A stretch of 64,000 bases of DNA. It comes from Eledone cirrhosa. Lineage: Eukaryota. The notes beneath the pieces were generated by a model. That model worked only from the letters and a program-made list of their open reading frames with translations. It did not search any database and was not told the origin of the DNA. The position numbers were made by a program, and so were the translations under genes. The stretch covers positions 156,984,001 to 157,048,000 of the forward strand of contig OZ024742.1 in the NCBI GenBank assembly GCA_964016885.1, read 5' to 3'. Numbering within the stretch: position 1 is the first letter of the stretch; each line of letters opens with the position of its first letter. Shown here one piece after another: positions 12,625 through 24,749 of this stretch.

Positions 12625-12732
12625 CTATTATTTTAAAGTAGTGACTAAGTCACTTACAGATATTTCAGCTTATCTCCCTTCCTTTTCTGAAAAAAGAAGT
12701 AAGTGACATAGTCACTACTTTAAAATAATAGC
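12624..12732. repeat. Inverted repeat (~33-bp arms) at the start of a PLE pLTR-like fragment
   Basis: gctattattttaaagtagtgactaagtcacttac versus gtaagtgacatagtcactactttaaaataatagc; 12655-12775 is repeated at 12973-13078. Confidence 0.75.
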
Positions 12733-12944
12733 GCAAGGTCTTCAAAATGTTTTTAATTAAACATACGTTATATTACGAAGTATACTATATATACATTCTT
12801 GATTACATCGCTATTTTAGAGCACCAATCCTAATTTTTAATATTTGCTGGACCGGCAATCGCTCTGTATAATCTGTTCCTGATTATTACTGGAATTCTAT
12901 ATGAATCCAGCCTCTATAATTTTCGGCAGAGGTCGGCGAGTACC

Positions 12945-12987
12945 AGGCTCTATGAACACCAACAGTGTGAAACAGATCTGTCAGCTT
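12945..12987 (+). ncRNA. Minimal type-I hammerhead ribozyme, G5 deleted (probably inactive)
   Basis: aggct CT-ATGA acac caaca gtgt GAAA cagatctg TC agctt; all three helices pair. Confidence 0.6.
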
Positions 12988-13309
12988 ATATCCCTTCCTT
13001 TGCTGAAAAAAAAGTGACATTATCACTACTTTGAAATATTAGCGCAAAGTCTTCAACATGTTTTTACTTAAACATACAGTATTTTATACCGGCTGACACT
13101 AATTCCGTTTCCATTTTACATGTACCAATTTACTCACACCTCTCTTACCCCAAAGGTTTACACATACACACTTGCACACATATATATTACTTTCGGTATT
13201 TTTCCTTCTGTCTGTGGTTAATTTAATAAGACTGTGTTTTTATCATCCCTATTTGTCTTGTTTATTCTTGAAGTATATATATATACTACCAAAATTAGAT
13301 TAAAGATGC

Positions 13310-13926
13310 CATGACTGAGAATATCAGGAGAATGCGCCATATAACCTGTGGATTAAGCTCAAACATTGTAAGTAATAAATCCGAGCATTTATTAACATTA
13401 AATTAAAAGCCGAATGTCATATATATAAAATAAACATATCAAACAATTACAGGAGATAATTTGAAAAGCGTGTAAACACGCATAGTTACGGGGGTAATTT
13501 ATTAAAAATTAACACCTTGAATATAGATGCAATAATGATTTATCTCCTTTATATATATTCCATTGAAGAAATATATTTCACCATTAATCGGTGAATCATA
13601 GATTTTAAAGCTTGGATCATCGGCAATGAAGAAGATTTAACTATGTATGATTACACACTAAAAGCAAATCAGGGTATAACGACCAAAAGCACATCTGGTT
13701 TAAAAAAACACATCGCCCCGCCATCGAGCCAGTGGCGTGAATAGGGTTATCGACAGCTAGTGAATAGCAGCCGAGTCCTTTCAACATAAAAAGCTGAAGT
13801 AATTGAATACTAGGAGCCATGTTTAAGAACATCAGAATCATGCGTCATATCACCTGTGGAATAAGCTCAAAAATCCTCAGGAATAAATCCGAGCATTCGT
13901 TAAAATTAAATTAAAAGTCGAATGAT
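13310..13926. repeat. Diverged ~115-bp direct repeat pair (13310-13419 and 13815-13926), PLE pLTR-like
   Basis: Shared atgcg.catat..cctgtgga.taagctcaaa...aataaatccgagcatt...attaaattaaaag.cgaatg. Confidence 0.55.
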
Positions 13927-14168
13927 ATATATATATATATATACTGTATATATATATGTGTGTGTCTGTGTGAGTATGTTAGATAATTCCGAAGGAAATG
14001 CAAAGGAGAAAAGAGTGCTCTATGTATGGCGTATATTAATATTGTCTGGGATCCAGAAACCTTTGGTAATGGAGTAGTTATATTTTGTGTTGTTCACTTT
14101 CTAATTAAATATATATATATACATGGAATTATTTACAATGAGTTTAAACACACATAGTTAACAAGAAA

Positions 14169-14262
<94 letters not shown>

Positions 14263-14308
14263 CACCCATTCTTTGATAAAACTTTAAGCTGTTCTTATAA
14301 TTATATAT

Positions 14309-14339
<31 letters not shown>

Positions 14340-14524
14340 CACAGATAAATCCACCAATTAATGGTAGGGTCTAAGCCGTATGAAGAACTCAATGTAATCC
14401 GTATGTAGAAGAAGTCGTTTAAAATACAAAATCTCAACGATATAATTCATTGGATACAGAGTCAAAAATACAAATAGTGAAAACAATGAAATTAAACAAA
14501 AAAAACGGTTAATTTATAGTAAAT

Positions 14525-14664
14525 CTCATTATTTTACGATCGCTTCTAGGAGGTAGTTCCCCGTATGTCCATTCTATTATTGATCTATGTAAAATACATT
14601 AAAATTATCATAGTAAGAAAATATACATACGTCTTCTCTACCCGCCGTCTTCAGAAATAATGAG
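14525..14664 (-). ncRNA. Type-I hammerhead with long loop II (left arm; GAAA>GAAG)
   Basis: ctcattattt CTGAAGA cggcgggtag...ctacctccta GAAG cgatcg TA aaataatgag; 10-bp stem I. Confidence 0.6.
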
Positions 14665-14897
14665 TTTTGTTTATTGAAGAATACAAAAAAATATATATGA
14701 ATAAGTAACGTTTTATAAACAAGGTTGAGATTGGCCAATAGTAAAAATAGGAAGGGACAATGAAGATCATTAAGACTACGCTACCAACTTAATGATCTAT
14801 ATTGGCCCTTCCTATTTTTACTATTGGCCAATCTCAACCTTGTTTATAAAACGTTACTTATTCATATATGTTTTTTTGTATTCTTCAATAAACAAAA

Positions 14898-15038
14898 CTC
14901 ATTATTTCTGAAGACGGCGGGTAGAGAAGACGTATGTATATTTTTCTTACTATGTTAATTTGTAACGTATTTTACATAGACAATAATAGAATGAACATAC
15001 GGGGAATTACCCCCTAGAAACGATCGCAAAATAATGAG
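14898..15038 (+). ncRNA. Type-I hammerhead with long loop II (right arm; cleavage triplet GTA>GCA)
   Basis: ctcattattt CTGAAGA cggcgggtag [82 nt] ttacccccta GAAA cgatcg CA aaataatgag. Confidence 0.6.
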
Positions 15039-15168
15039 ATTTACTATGCATTAACCGTTTTTTGTTTAATTTCATTGTTTTCACTATTTGCATATATATT
15101 TTGTATATATATATATATATGCTTACATATATATATATATAGAGGGAGTGAGAGAGATATATACATAT

Positions 15169-15257
15169 CAAAACGGGTGTGGTAAATGACTAGTGTATCC
15201 GATACTTGATGTAGTAGAACGTGGTAATATGAAAGTGCCGGATTTTGACCTAGCTGT

Positions 15258-15349
<92 letters not shown>

Positions 15350-15524
15350 GAGTTGAAACCCAGACGGCTGAGTTCATAACGTTTCAACTGTTAGTTCCGA
15401 CTACTTCGGAACTTATAGTTGTAATGGCAAGAGCTCAGTCAAGATCCCGGCTCTTTCATATTACCATTACCACGCTCTACTGCATCAAGTATCGGATACT
15501 CTAGGCATTTACTACACCCGTTTT
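15169..15524. repeat. Inverted repeat (~95-bp arms) around (TA)n
   Basis: 15169-15262 is an imperfect reverse complement of 15423-15524. Confidence 0.75.
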
Positions 15525-15537
15525 CTCTCTCTCTCAG

Positions 15538-15649
<112 letters not shown>

Positions 15650-15856
15650 GTTATGCAAGAAATGCTTAGGATTATCCTTAATTCAGTATATGGTTAATTA
15701 CTACACTAGATAGAGTCGACGTACGCTGAGGGGTTACTCAGCGAGTTATGGAAGAATAGTTGGAAAAACTCACTTTCTGATCGTTCTATATTCCGGGGTG
15801 TAGATAAAGAATGAATAATAATAGGTAGACATCATAAAAAGGCAATTTATTCCGAG

Positions 15857-15973
15857 TACTTACCAATGTTTCAACAGTAGTTATACAGCCTAGACATGTT
15901 ATGTGCAAATTGGTGATTATTTGATTGTAGATACTCAATTTTCAAATGCTGCGACTACCGTTACCTCAGAGCA
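15857..15973 (-). ncRNA. Degenerate type-I hammerhead with long loop II
   Basis: tgct CTGAGGT aacggtagt [~72 nt] actactgtt GAAA cattgg TA agta; the inverted partial copy at 16706-16795 has agca, which restores stem I. Confidence 0.5.
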
Positions 15974-16110
15974 GAATGGTTAAAATGTATACCCTTGTAT
16001 TTCTTAAAGGGAGTTATTGGAGAAGATAGAGTAGAAAGGATGAGAGAATGAAGGGGATATATATATATATATATATCCCCTTCTTTCTCTCATAGCATGT
16101 CTAGGCTGTA

Positions 16111-16183
<73 letters not shown>

Positions 16184-17004
16184 CTATATATATATATAAA
16201 GAGAGAGAGATAAAGAGAGAGAGAGAGAGATAGAGAGAGAGAGAGATGTAGGGGTTGGAGAAGTGGGAGAGAGTGGTTTGAAGAATACAGATAGCTTAAT
16301 CAAAATGTTGTGGTACGGGTTTTATTATACGGTTTACTCTCAAGGTGACAGCCTTAGGCTTTGTGTAGATGTGGTCAAGATTGGGATTATGTATTGCCAC
16401 AGAGAGCAGGTTAATAGATGTGGAAAGTGAGTGGGGTAGACCGAGGGCGAGAGAGAGAGGGGGGAGGGAGAGTTAGATATAGAGGAGACAGATGAAGTTT
16501 AGGAGATGGTGATACATCGAGTTCATAGGTGTAGTCTGCAAATCGCACTCAAGTAGCCATTTATAATGATAAGCAGGGTATTGGCTTGTAGTGTGGGGGT
16601 GGGGGATATAGTTAGGAAGTAGTTGTTGAGAGGAATTAGTTAGCGAGAAAGCGATGTTGTAGTCTCAGGTTCAACTGTTAAGTTATTTTATAGTGAGAGC
16701 ATTTAGCATGTCTAGGCTGTATACCTACTGTTGAAACATTTGTAAGCACTCGGAATAAATTACCTTTGTATGATGTCTACCTGTTATTATTCATATATAT
16801 ATATATAAAGCCATTATAAATATTTGAATTATTGAAGAACATCAAACACCAGTTATTCTTCTCCTTTTTTCAAATCTCTGCCATTCTGTCTCTCCACCTT
16901 TCTCTCTCTCTCCCCTCTGTCTCTTTTATATATAATATATATAATAAAATATATATAATATATTTATATATATATATATATATAAATATGTATATATATA
17001 TATA

Positions 17005-17372
17005 TCATCATCATCATCATCATTTCATTTTACGTCCGCTTTTCCCTGCTTGCAAGAGTGGGACGGAAACAGACTCTGGCTTGATTTCTACATATGGATG
17101 CCCTTCCTAACACCAACCTCATTTACAGTGAGTGGTGGGTCCTTTTTTTGCCGTGGCACCCCACGACCACTTTGCAGTGGAGTGATAGGGACTGCGGTCC
17201 CTAACATTCCACTGCAAAGTGGTCGTGAAATGAGATGAGGAAACTGGAGAAATGTCAAATAAAGTGTCTTCCTCAAGGAAACAACACATCACCCGGTCTG
17301 AGAATTGAACTCACAAACTTTCGATTGCAAGGCCAATGCTCTATGCTCTAACCACTAAACCATGTACCTCCA
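17005..17372 (-). mobile_element. Composite of SINE/LINE-tail fragments with (ATG)n tail and a tRNA-derived head
   Basis: Head 17265-17372 (rc): tggtttagtggttagagc A-box, gagttcaattct B-box, tgttgtttccttgaggaagacac; (CAT)n at 17005-17023. Confidence 0.55.
17162..17227. repeat. GC-rich hairpin, 31-bp arms (29/31 complementary), 4-nt loop
   Basis: cacgaccactttgcagtggagtgatagggac tgcg gtccctaacattccactgcaaagtggtcgtg. Confidence 0.9.
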
Positions 17373-17374
17373 TG

Positions 17375-17424
<50 letters not shown>

Positions 17425-17479
17425 GTATATATGACACAGAGAGAGGGGAGAGAGGGAGAGACAGAGAGAAATATATTTC

Positions 17480-17552
<73 letters not shown>

Positions 17553-17554
<2 letters not shown>

Positions 17555-17675
17555 AAGGCGGGTAAAATTCCCGAGATCCATGGACGAGTTCTCTCCAGCG
17601 GTCTCTGTCCCTCATTATCGCTGCCATATCCTGCATCTCCAACAGACCAGTGTCTGTCCTTAGGGCATCAACATA
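17553..17675 (-). mobile_element. 3'-terminal fragment of an RTE-like LINE ORF within (TA)n
   Basis: [31 protein letters not shown]...*, a DR..WR C-terminal motif typical of RTE-group ORF2. Confidence 0.55.
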
Positions 17676-17909
17676 TATATATATATAGAAGTATGTACAT
17701 GTACATACATATATGTATACAGACGTACAGTAGTATGTATATATATATACATACATGCACACATGTATATATGTACGTATGGATTCACCGAATATTTATT
17801 ATAATGCTCGGTGTGTTTGTAAACAAACATCCCGTATTAAGCCGTAGTGTCCAGCAACCATCGTTGCTCGTTTGTTCAACAAACTCGTTTGTTCAACACT
17901 GACAAAGGA

Positions 17910-17952
17910 ACGCTGTACTAGTTTCAGGCTTATTAGCTATCGTCAGCAACGT
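17910..17952 (-). ncRNA. Minimal type-I hammerhead ribozyme (array unit 1)
   Basis: acgttg CTGACGA tagctaataagcct GAAA ctag TA cagcgt. Confidence 0.75.
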
Positions 17953-18319
17953 ATACCTTCCTGCCAGATTGTTGAACGTATATATTTACCTTATGCATAT
18001 TAACGGCTGAGTAGCCCAATTTGCATATCGAGTGGGTTAATCTGCCAGGTGCACCGAAAACGACAAACGGAAAAAATTAAACGAAATTTCATTTCCCACT
18101 CTTAGTACGGCTGTTACTTAAATACAAGTATGTACACGTACATATATATATGTATACAGACGTACAGTAGTATGTATATATATATATATATATATATATG
18201 TACGTATGGATTCACCGAACATTTATTATAATGCTCGGTGTGTTTGTAAACAAACATCCCGTATTAAGCCGTAATGTCCAGCAACCATCGTTGCTCGTTT
18301 GTTCAATACTGACAAAGGA

Positions 18320-18362
18320 AGGCTGTACTAGTTTCAAGCTTATTATCTATCGTCAGCAACGT
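18320..18362 (-). ncRNA. Minimal type-I hammerhead ribozyme (array unit 2)
   Basis: acgttg CTGACGA tagataataagctt GAAA ctag TA cagcct. Confidence 0.7.
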
Positions 18363-19041
18363 ATAACTTCCTGCCAGATTGTTGAACGTATATACTTACC
18401 TAATGCATATTAACGGCTGAGTAGCCCAATTTGCATATCGACAGGGTTAAGCGGCCGGGTGCACCGAAAACGATAAACGGAAAAAATGAAACGAAATTTC
18501 ATTTCCCACTACTACGACGGCTGTTACTTAAATACAATTTATGTACACCTACATACAGATATGTATACAGACGTACAGTAGTATGTATATATATACATAC
18601 ATGCACACATATATATATATGTACGTATGGATTCACCGAACATTTATTATAATACTCGGTGTGTTTGTAAACAAACATCCTGTATTAAGCCTTAGTGTCC
18701 AGCAACCTTAGTGTCCAGCAACAAGGCTTAATACAGGATGTTTGTTTACAAACACTCCGAGCATTATAATATATGTTCGGTGAATCCATACGTACATATA
18801 TATATATATGTGTGCATGTATGTATATATATATATATATATATATATACATACTACTGAACGTCAGTATACATATATGTATGTACGTATACATACTTATA
18901 TTTCGTTTCATTTTTTCCGTTTATCGTTTTCGGTACCCCGGCCGATTAACTCACTCTATATGCAAATTAGGCTGCGCAGCCGTTAATATGCATAAGGAAA
19001 GTTTATACTTTCAGACGTTCAACCGTCTGGCAGGAAGGTAT

Positions 19042-19084
19042 ACGTTGCTGACGATAGCTAATAAGCTTGAAACTAGTACAGCAT
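19042..19084 (+). ncRNA. Minimal type-I hammerhead ribozyme (inverted unit)
   Basis: acgttg CTGACGA t agct aata agct t GAAA ctag TA cagcat. Confidence 0.8.
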
Positions 19085-19274
19085 TCCTTTGTCAGTGTTG
19101 AACAAATGAGCAACGGTGGTTGCTAAACACTGTACGGCTTAATTCGTGATGTTTGTTTACAAAACACCGAGCATTATAATAAATGTTCGGTGAATCCATA
19201 CGTACTTATATATATATATATGTGTGCATGTATGTATATGTATATACATGTGTATATGTATATAGTGAGGACTC

Positions 19275-19360
19275 TTTTCCTATTACCCACTCCACTACCC
19301 TAAGTATCGAGTACTGTGGTGCCTTATGGTCCACCCGGTGTCTTAACACACTTTCTTTGT
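19275..19360 (+). mobile_element. Fragment of the 5' region of the PLE at 36430-37115
   Basis: ttacccactccactaccctaagtatcgagtact...ttatggtcca matches the reverse complement of 36990-37065. Confidence 0.65.
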
Positions 19361-19365
19361 TATAT

Positions 19366-19455
<90 letters not shown>

Positions 19456-20184
19456 AATTATATACCTGTGCGTATGTGGTGTGTAGGTGTTTCTATGTGT
19501 GTATGCTTGTATAGTGTGTTTATGTGTTGTCGTGATGTGTGTTTGTGTCTACTTCTTTGTGTGAATGCATACGTAGTTACAAAAAAGCTAAAGAAAGAGA
19601 GTGAGGGTGGTGCAATGGAAATATGTAAACGCGATAGAAAGATAGAGTTATTTCATTTATATCTCTCTAGATAAAGAGATATATGGATACTCAATCTTCA
19701 AATTATTCTCGGTCTATTTTTAGTATTTCTGTTTGTTTTCATGACTGGGGAATCAATGAATAAAATTCACTTGTCTGTCATTGAATCGTATATATTGATC
19801 ATATATGTTTTCAATCTAGGTAAAACGTATTCTAATGTACTGATCGATGGCTGTACGTGACCAAGCATGATTTAAAAGACACACTAAATGAATAGTGTAT
19901 TCCAGAAATCAATCAAACGACACGTCAATAATTTCTGAATAGTTCTTGAAGTATATAAAACAATTCCCTTCAACCTTCTTAGAAATGTCTTCTTGCAGCA
20001 GAACACAAACAATTCCTTCCGCCAGACATCATCTGCGTTAGTTAGATTAGTTTGTGCCCGTCGCATATATATGTAAATATACACAGATAGAGAAAAACAC
20101 ACATGCATAAACATACACACATTCAAACCCACATACAAACCAATATGTATGTGCATATAAGTCTGGGTCTGTGTGCATGTGTAC

Positions 20185-20237
<53 letters not shown>

Positions 20238-20238
20238 G

Positions 20239-20357
<119 letters not shown>

Positions 20358-20434
20358 GTATATATATATGTATATATATATATGTATATATATGTATATA
20401 TATGTATATATATATATGTATATATATATATATA

Positions 20435-20876
20435 GCTCTTAAGAGTCAATGGCCTTCCAAAATCACCGGGAGAGATGACCCCTTAGCCTTTGTCAAGGCA
20501 GAATTCTAGGAGAAGGAAAACTCTGATATAACACCTGCAACCCTGATGGTATCCAATGATGTTGACTTGTTCTTCTTTTTGGTAAATATCATCTTGGTTA
20601 AGAGAGTGGGACTGGCGTTGTGCAATGCCTTTGCTCACTATAAAAGCTTCACGGCACAGGCATTGCTTTATATCTGGAGATCTCTCTGCACTTGTCATCA
20701 CATGGTACCATGGGCCCAGCACTGTGTGTCAATAATTGTCACAGGTGTAGTGTTTGTACCAGAGTTTTCAAGTCGCTGGCTGGACTCAAAAGTCACACTC
20801 GTTCAGCGCATCGGTAGGGGTTCTCCTACATGGATATAAAGTAGTGGCCGTACTCGAAAACGAGTTGGCAGCCACC
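20435..20876 (+). mobile_element. Short bipartite RTE-derived non-autonomous element in (TA)n
   Basis: 5' part ctaggagaaggaaaactctgatataa resembles RTE 5' UTRs; 20737-20817 encodes [26 protein letters not shown], a C2H2 ORF2 terminus; (TA)n on both sides. Confidence 0.55.
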
Positions 20877-21815
<939 letters not shown>

Positions 21816-22491
21816 TGTGTGTGTGTGAGTGTTTGCGTATATATGTCTTTCTACAACGTTCTTGTTTTCTATCACTCTCTTTTGTATCGTTCTCAGACGA
21901 ACATAATTAGTACTCATAAATGTCAACGTTTCCTATTTGAACACTACTCTGGCTGACTCATGTGTGACAGGTGGACTTCCAGATCTGGAATATAACCCAA
22001 GCAATGGTGATCAGATGTGATAATCTAAAGGGAGACATGAGAGATTGTTCTAGTGGTGTAGGGATTTCCTTCTTAAGCCACCTCTGTAAAGTGAATCCTA
22101 AGTCTCTAGGAAAGAGATAGTGATATCGTCGTATCCCTGCTAAAGACAAACAATTTGATATAGCATAATCGACCAAATATTCACACTGTGGCAAGTCTTC
22201 GAGTAATCTTGTGAGTATTACCAAGGGCGTATGCTTGTCAGGTAGAACATGGACAGACGTATGAACGCTTTCCACTAAAGCTGGGGTAGTTCATCGAACA
22301 CGGAGTCGTTTTTACAAATGATGGAAAACAAGAGACGGAATTTAGTGCAAACATTTCAGCAGATCGGGTAGTAATGGGCCAACTTCAGTATTCTGTCATC
22401 AGAAAAGGGAGATAGTTGTAAAAGCCAAAATCACTATCTTCAAGTTGCTCCTTGTTACATCATTTACGTATGTTCATGAATCATAAATAAT

Positions 22492-22676
22492 TGTTTCTAC
22501 TTTAGGCACAAGGTCAGCAATTATCCAGTGCATTACTGGTACTTTATTTTATCGACCCCGTAAGGATGAAAGGCAAAGTCAACCTCGGCGGGATTTGAAC
22601 TCAGATCGTAAAGGGACGTAACTATGCTGGAAAGCATGGCGTCCGACCCTCTACCGATACTGCCAATCCACCGCCC
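22492..22676 (-). mobile_element. Full-length tRNA-derived SINE (Meta/MESC-like core), copy A
   Basis: rc: A-box TGGCAGTATCGG, B-box GAGTTCAAATCC, core CCTTTCATCCTTACGGGGTCGATAAAATAAAGTACCAG; 15-bp TSD tgaatcataaataat. Confidence 0.9.
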
Positions 22677-22691
22677 TGAATCATAAATAAT

Positions 22692-22876
22692 TGTTTCTAC
22701 TTTAGGCACAAGGCCAGCAATTACCCAGTGCATTACTGGTTCTTTATTTTATCGACCCCGTAAGGATGAAATGCAAAGTCAACCTCGGCGGGATTTGAAC
22801 TCGGATCGTAAAGGGACGTAACTATGCTGGAAAGCATGGCGTCCGACTCTCTACCGATACTGCCAATCCACCGCCC
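22692..22876 (-). mobile_element. Full-length tRNA-derived SINE, copy B, tandem to A
   Basis: About 6 differences from copy A; TSD sequence at 22477, 22677 and 22877. Confidence 0.9.
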
Positions 22877-23462
22877 TGAATCATAAATAATGACCGGAAG
22901 AATGCTATCGCAAATAATAGTGGCTGAGATGGGGTTAATAAGAACGACTTTGGGCGTAATGTTACTCGATATAATATGTAAAACAAAGATCAGATAATTG
23001 TTCTATGCAGAGCCGCTAGATTCCCGAATGGAGAGATCTCTGCTGGGATAATACGGACATGTTGTCAGACGGGTTAAAAGGACTGGCAGGTGACCCCAGT
23101 GTGGTCTCTGAGAAAGATAAGATCAATGGGCTCAAGCATGCTTGAAGACTCTCACCCTACGACACATCCAAGAAGAAGAAGAAGTTACTATATAGAAAGC
23201 ATTAGACATCTTACTTCTCTTTCCACAACACATATTAAGTACCGATATATTTCATGGTGATAATATCTCATGTTATATGGCGAAAGCAATGCTCTATCAT
23301 CTTTTGTTTTGGCTTTAGATGATCGCTTATAGAGATAAGCTGGAGCTGAATCCAAAATGTTACTTATTTTAAATATACCTTAACGTTTTCCATGCCATTC
23401 CTTTTTCAAATATTGTGTAAAATAACTATTAGAAAATACATATATATATATGCTATGGAATA

Positions 23463-23500
<38 letters not shown>

Positions 23501-23890
23501 GAATGTCCAAATATTTGTCTTTGCGTAGAATTTTCAGAAACCATTATGCAAATGCAGCTTTTCATCTCCACACGAAACTACATCCACGGTAAATAAATTA
23601 GGAACCTGCTTGAAACGGATACAGATTGCGTCTGAGGCAGTGTTGGAGACCAGGTTTTACATCTGCTAATCATTATTATATCATGCAACTGCCTTCTTAT
23701 CAATTATTTACCTATTGCAAGTGGATCGACTGTTGTTTCAGTAATTACTGTAAAACCAGTTACATTTAAACTTTCCAACATTTCATTCAAGAAGACTTTG
23801 ATACGCGTTACCTATGAATATATATTACAAATGCAATACAGACACATAGACCCACCCATCCTCCACACACACATATATACACACACACAC

Positions 23891-23922
<32 letters not shown>

Positions 23923-24749
23923 TCGCGTGCGTGTGTGTATATATATATGTGTATGTATATATATATAAATCAGCTATACATAACCAACACTCATTTCATT
24001 AAAATATAAGAGGCTAGAACATACACGTATTTTTTACTAACTATTATGATTTTCAGCTTCAGCTGGCTAAGTATTATAAGGAGGAAAGAACGAAACATTA
24101 TTTATGAAGCAAACATGTTGTTGAAAAATTATTTTGTATCGACATCTAAAACACATTCTTTATGATAGACAATAGATATACATTCTATTGTTAATACGTT
24201 CACTGTTTGATTAATCAGTTTTCTGCGCACGGAAAATCGACATTTTTAATTATAATTTCCCTTACGTATGCGCTGTATTTACATACATCAAAAGAAGTCA
24301 ATTTTATTGACTAACATATTCCATTACACTTCTTCAAATAACTCATCTATATTTGCTTAAATTGTCTATTACTCTTATAGAAAGTATGTAAGAGAGTTAT
24401 ATATGAACAACGAATGACTACTTAAAATTAAAAGAAAATATATCACAAGAAGCTTAGGTAAAGGAATAAAAAATTCATATAATAATAACATAGCATGTAC
24501 AAATATTTTGGAACGGTTACGAAGCTCGCTGTTTAATGAAAATATTTGCGTTAGGTTCGAACTTAAATTGAGAAATCACGAGGTGAAGACTTGTAAACAA
24601 AACTAGATAAAGTATAAATATGTGGATCTCGTCAGATATAGCCCACGCCAGATGTGGTTGGCTATATTTATAATACACTCCTTTATTAACAGCGTAAGTA
24701 AGATTGGTGTACGCAGAATGAATCTTAGATCATAATGTAAAGGCTTGTT

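Larger units (their letters stand above)
14471..15091. repeat. ~620-bp palindrome (~300-bp arms, ~13-nt spacer)
   Basis: 14471-14774 is the reverse complement of 14788-15091 with scattered mismatches. Confidence 0.9.
17688..19260. mobile_element. Hammerhead-containing ~410-nt tandem array followed by an inverted copy (retrozyme-like / non-autonomous PLE)
   Basis: About 2.4 direct units 17688-18706; inversion at 18693/18723 with duplicated 16-mer cttagtgtccagcaac; about 1.3 inverted units to ~19260. Confidence 0.8.
21950..23185 (+). mobile_element. Degraded RTE-clade LINE relic interrupted by two SINEs, with (GAA)n tail
   Basis: Piecewise translation KAKITIFKLLLV..FTYVHES/IMTGRMLSQI.VAEMG.IR; gaagaagaag at ~23170. 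Confidence 0.55.

Noticed and set aside
22492-22876. tRNA genes
   Set aside because: A and B boxes belong to SINE heads; no cloverleaf, and they are followed by SINE core and tail.
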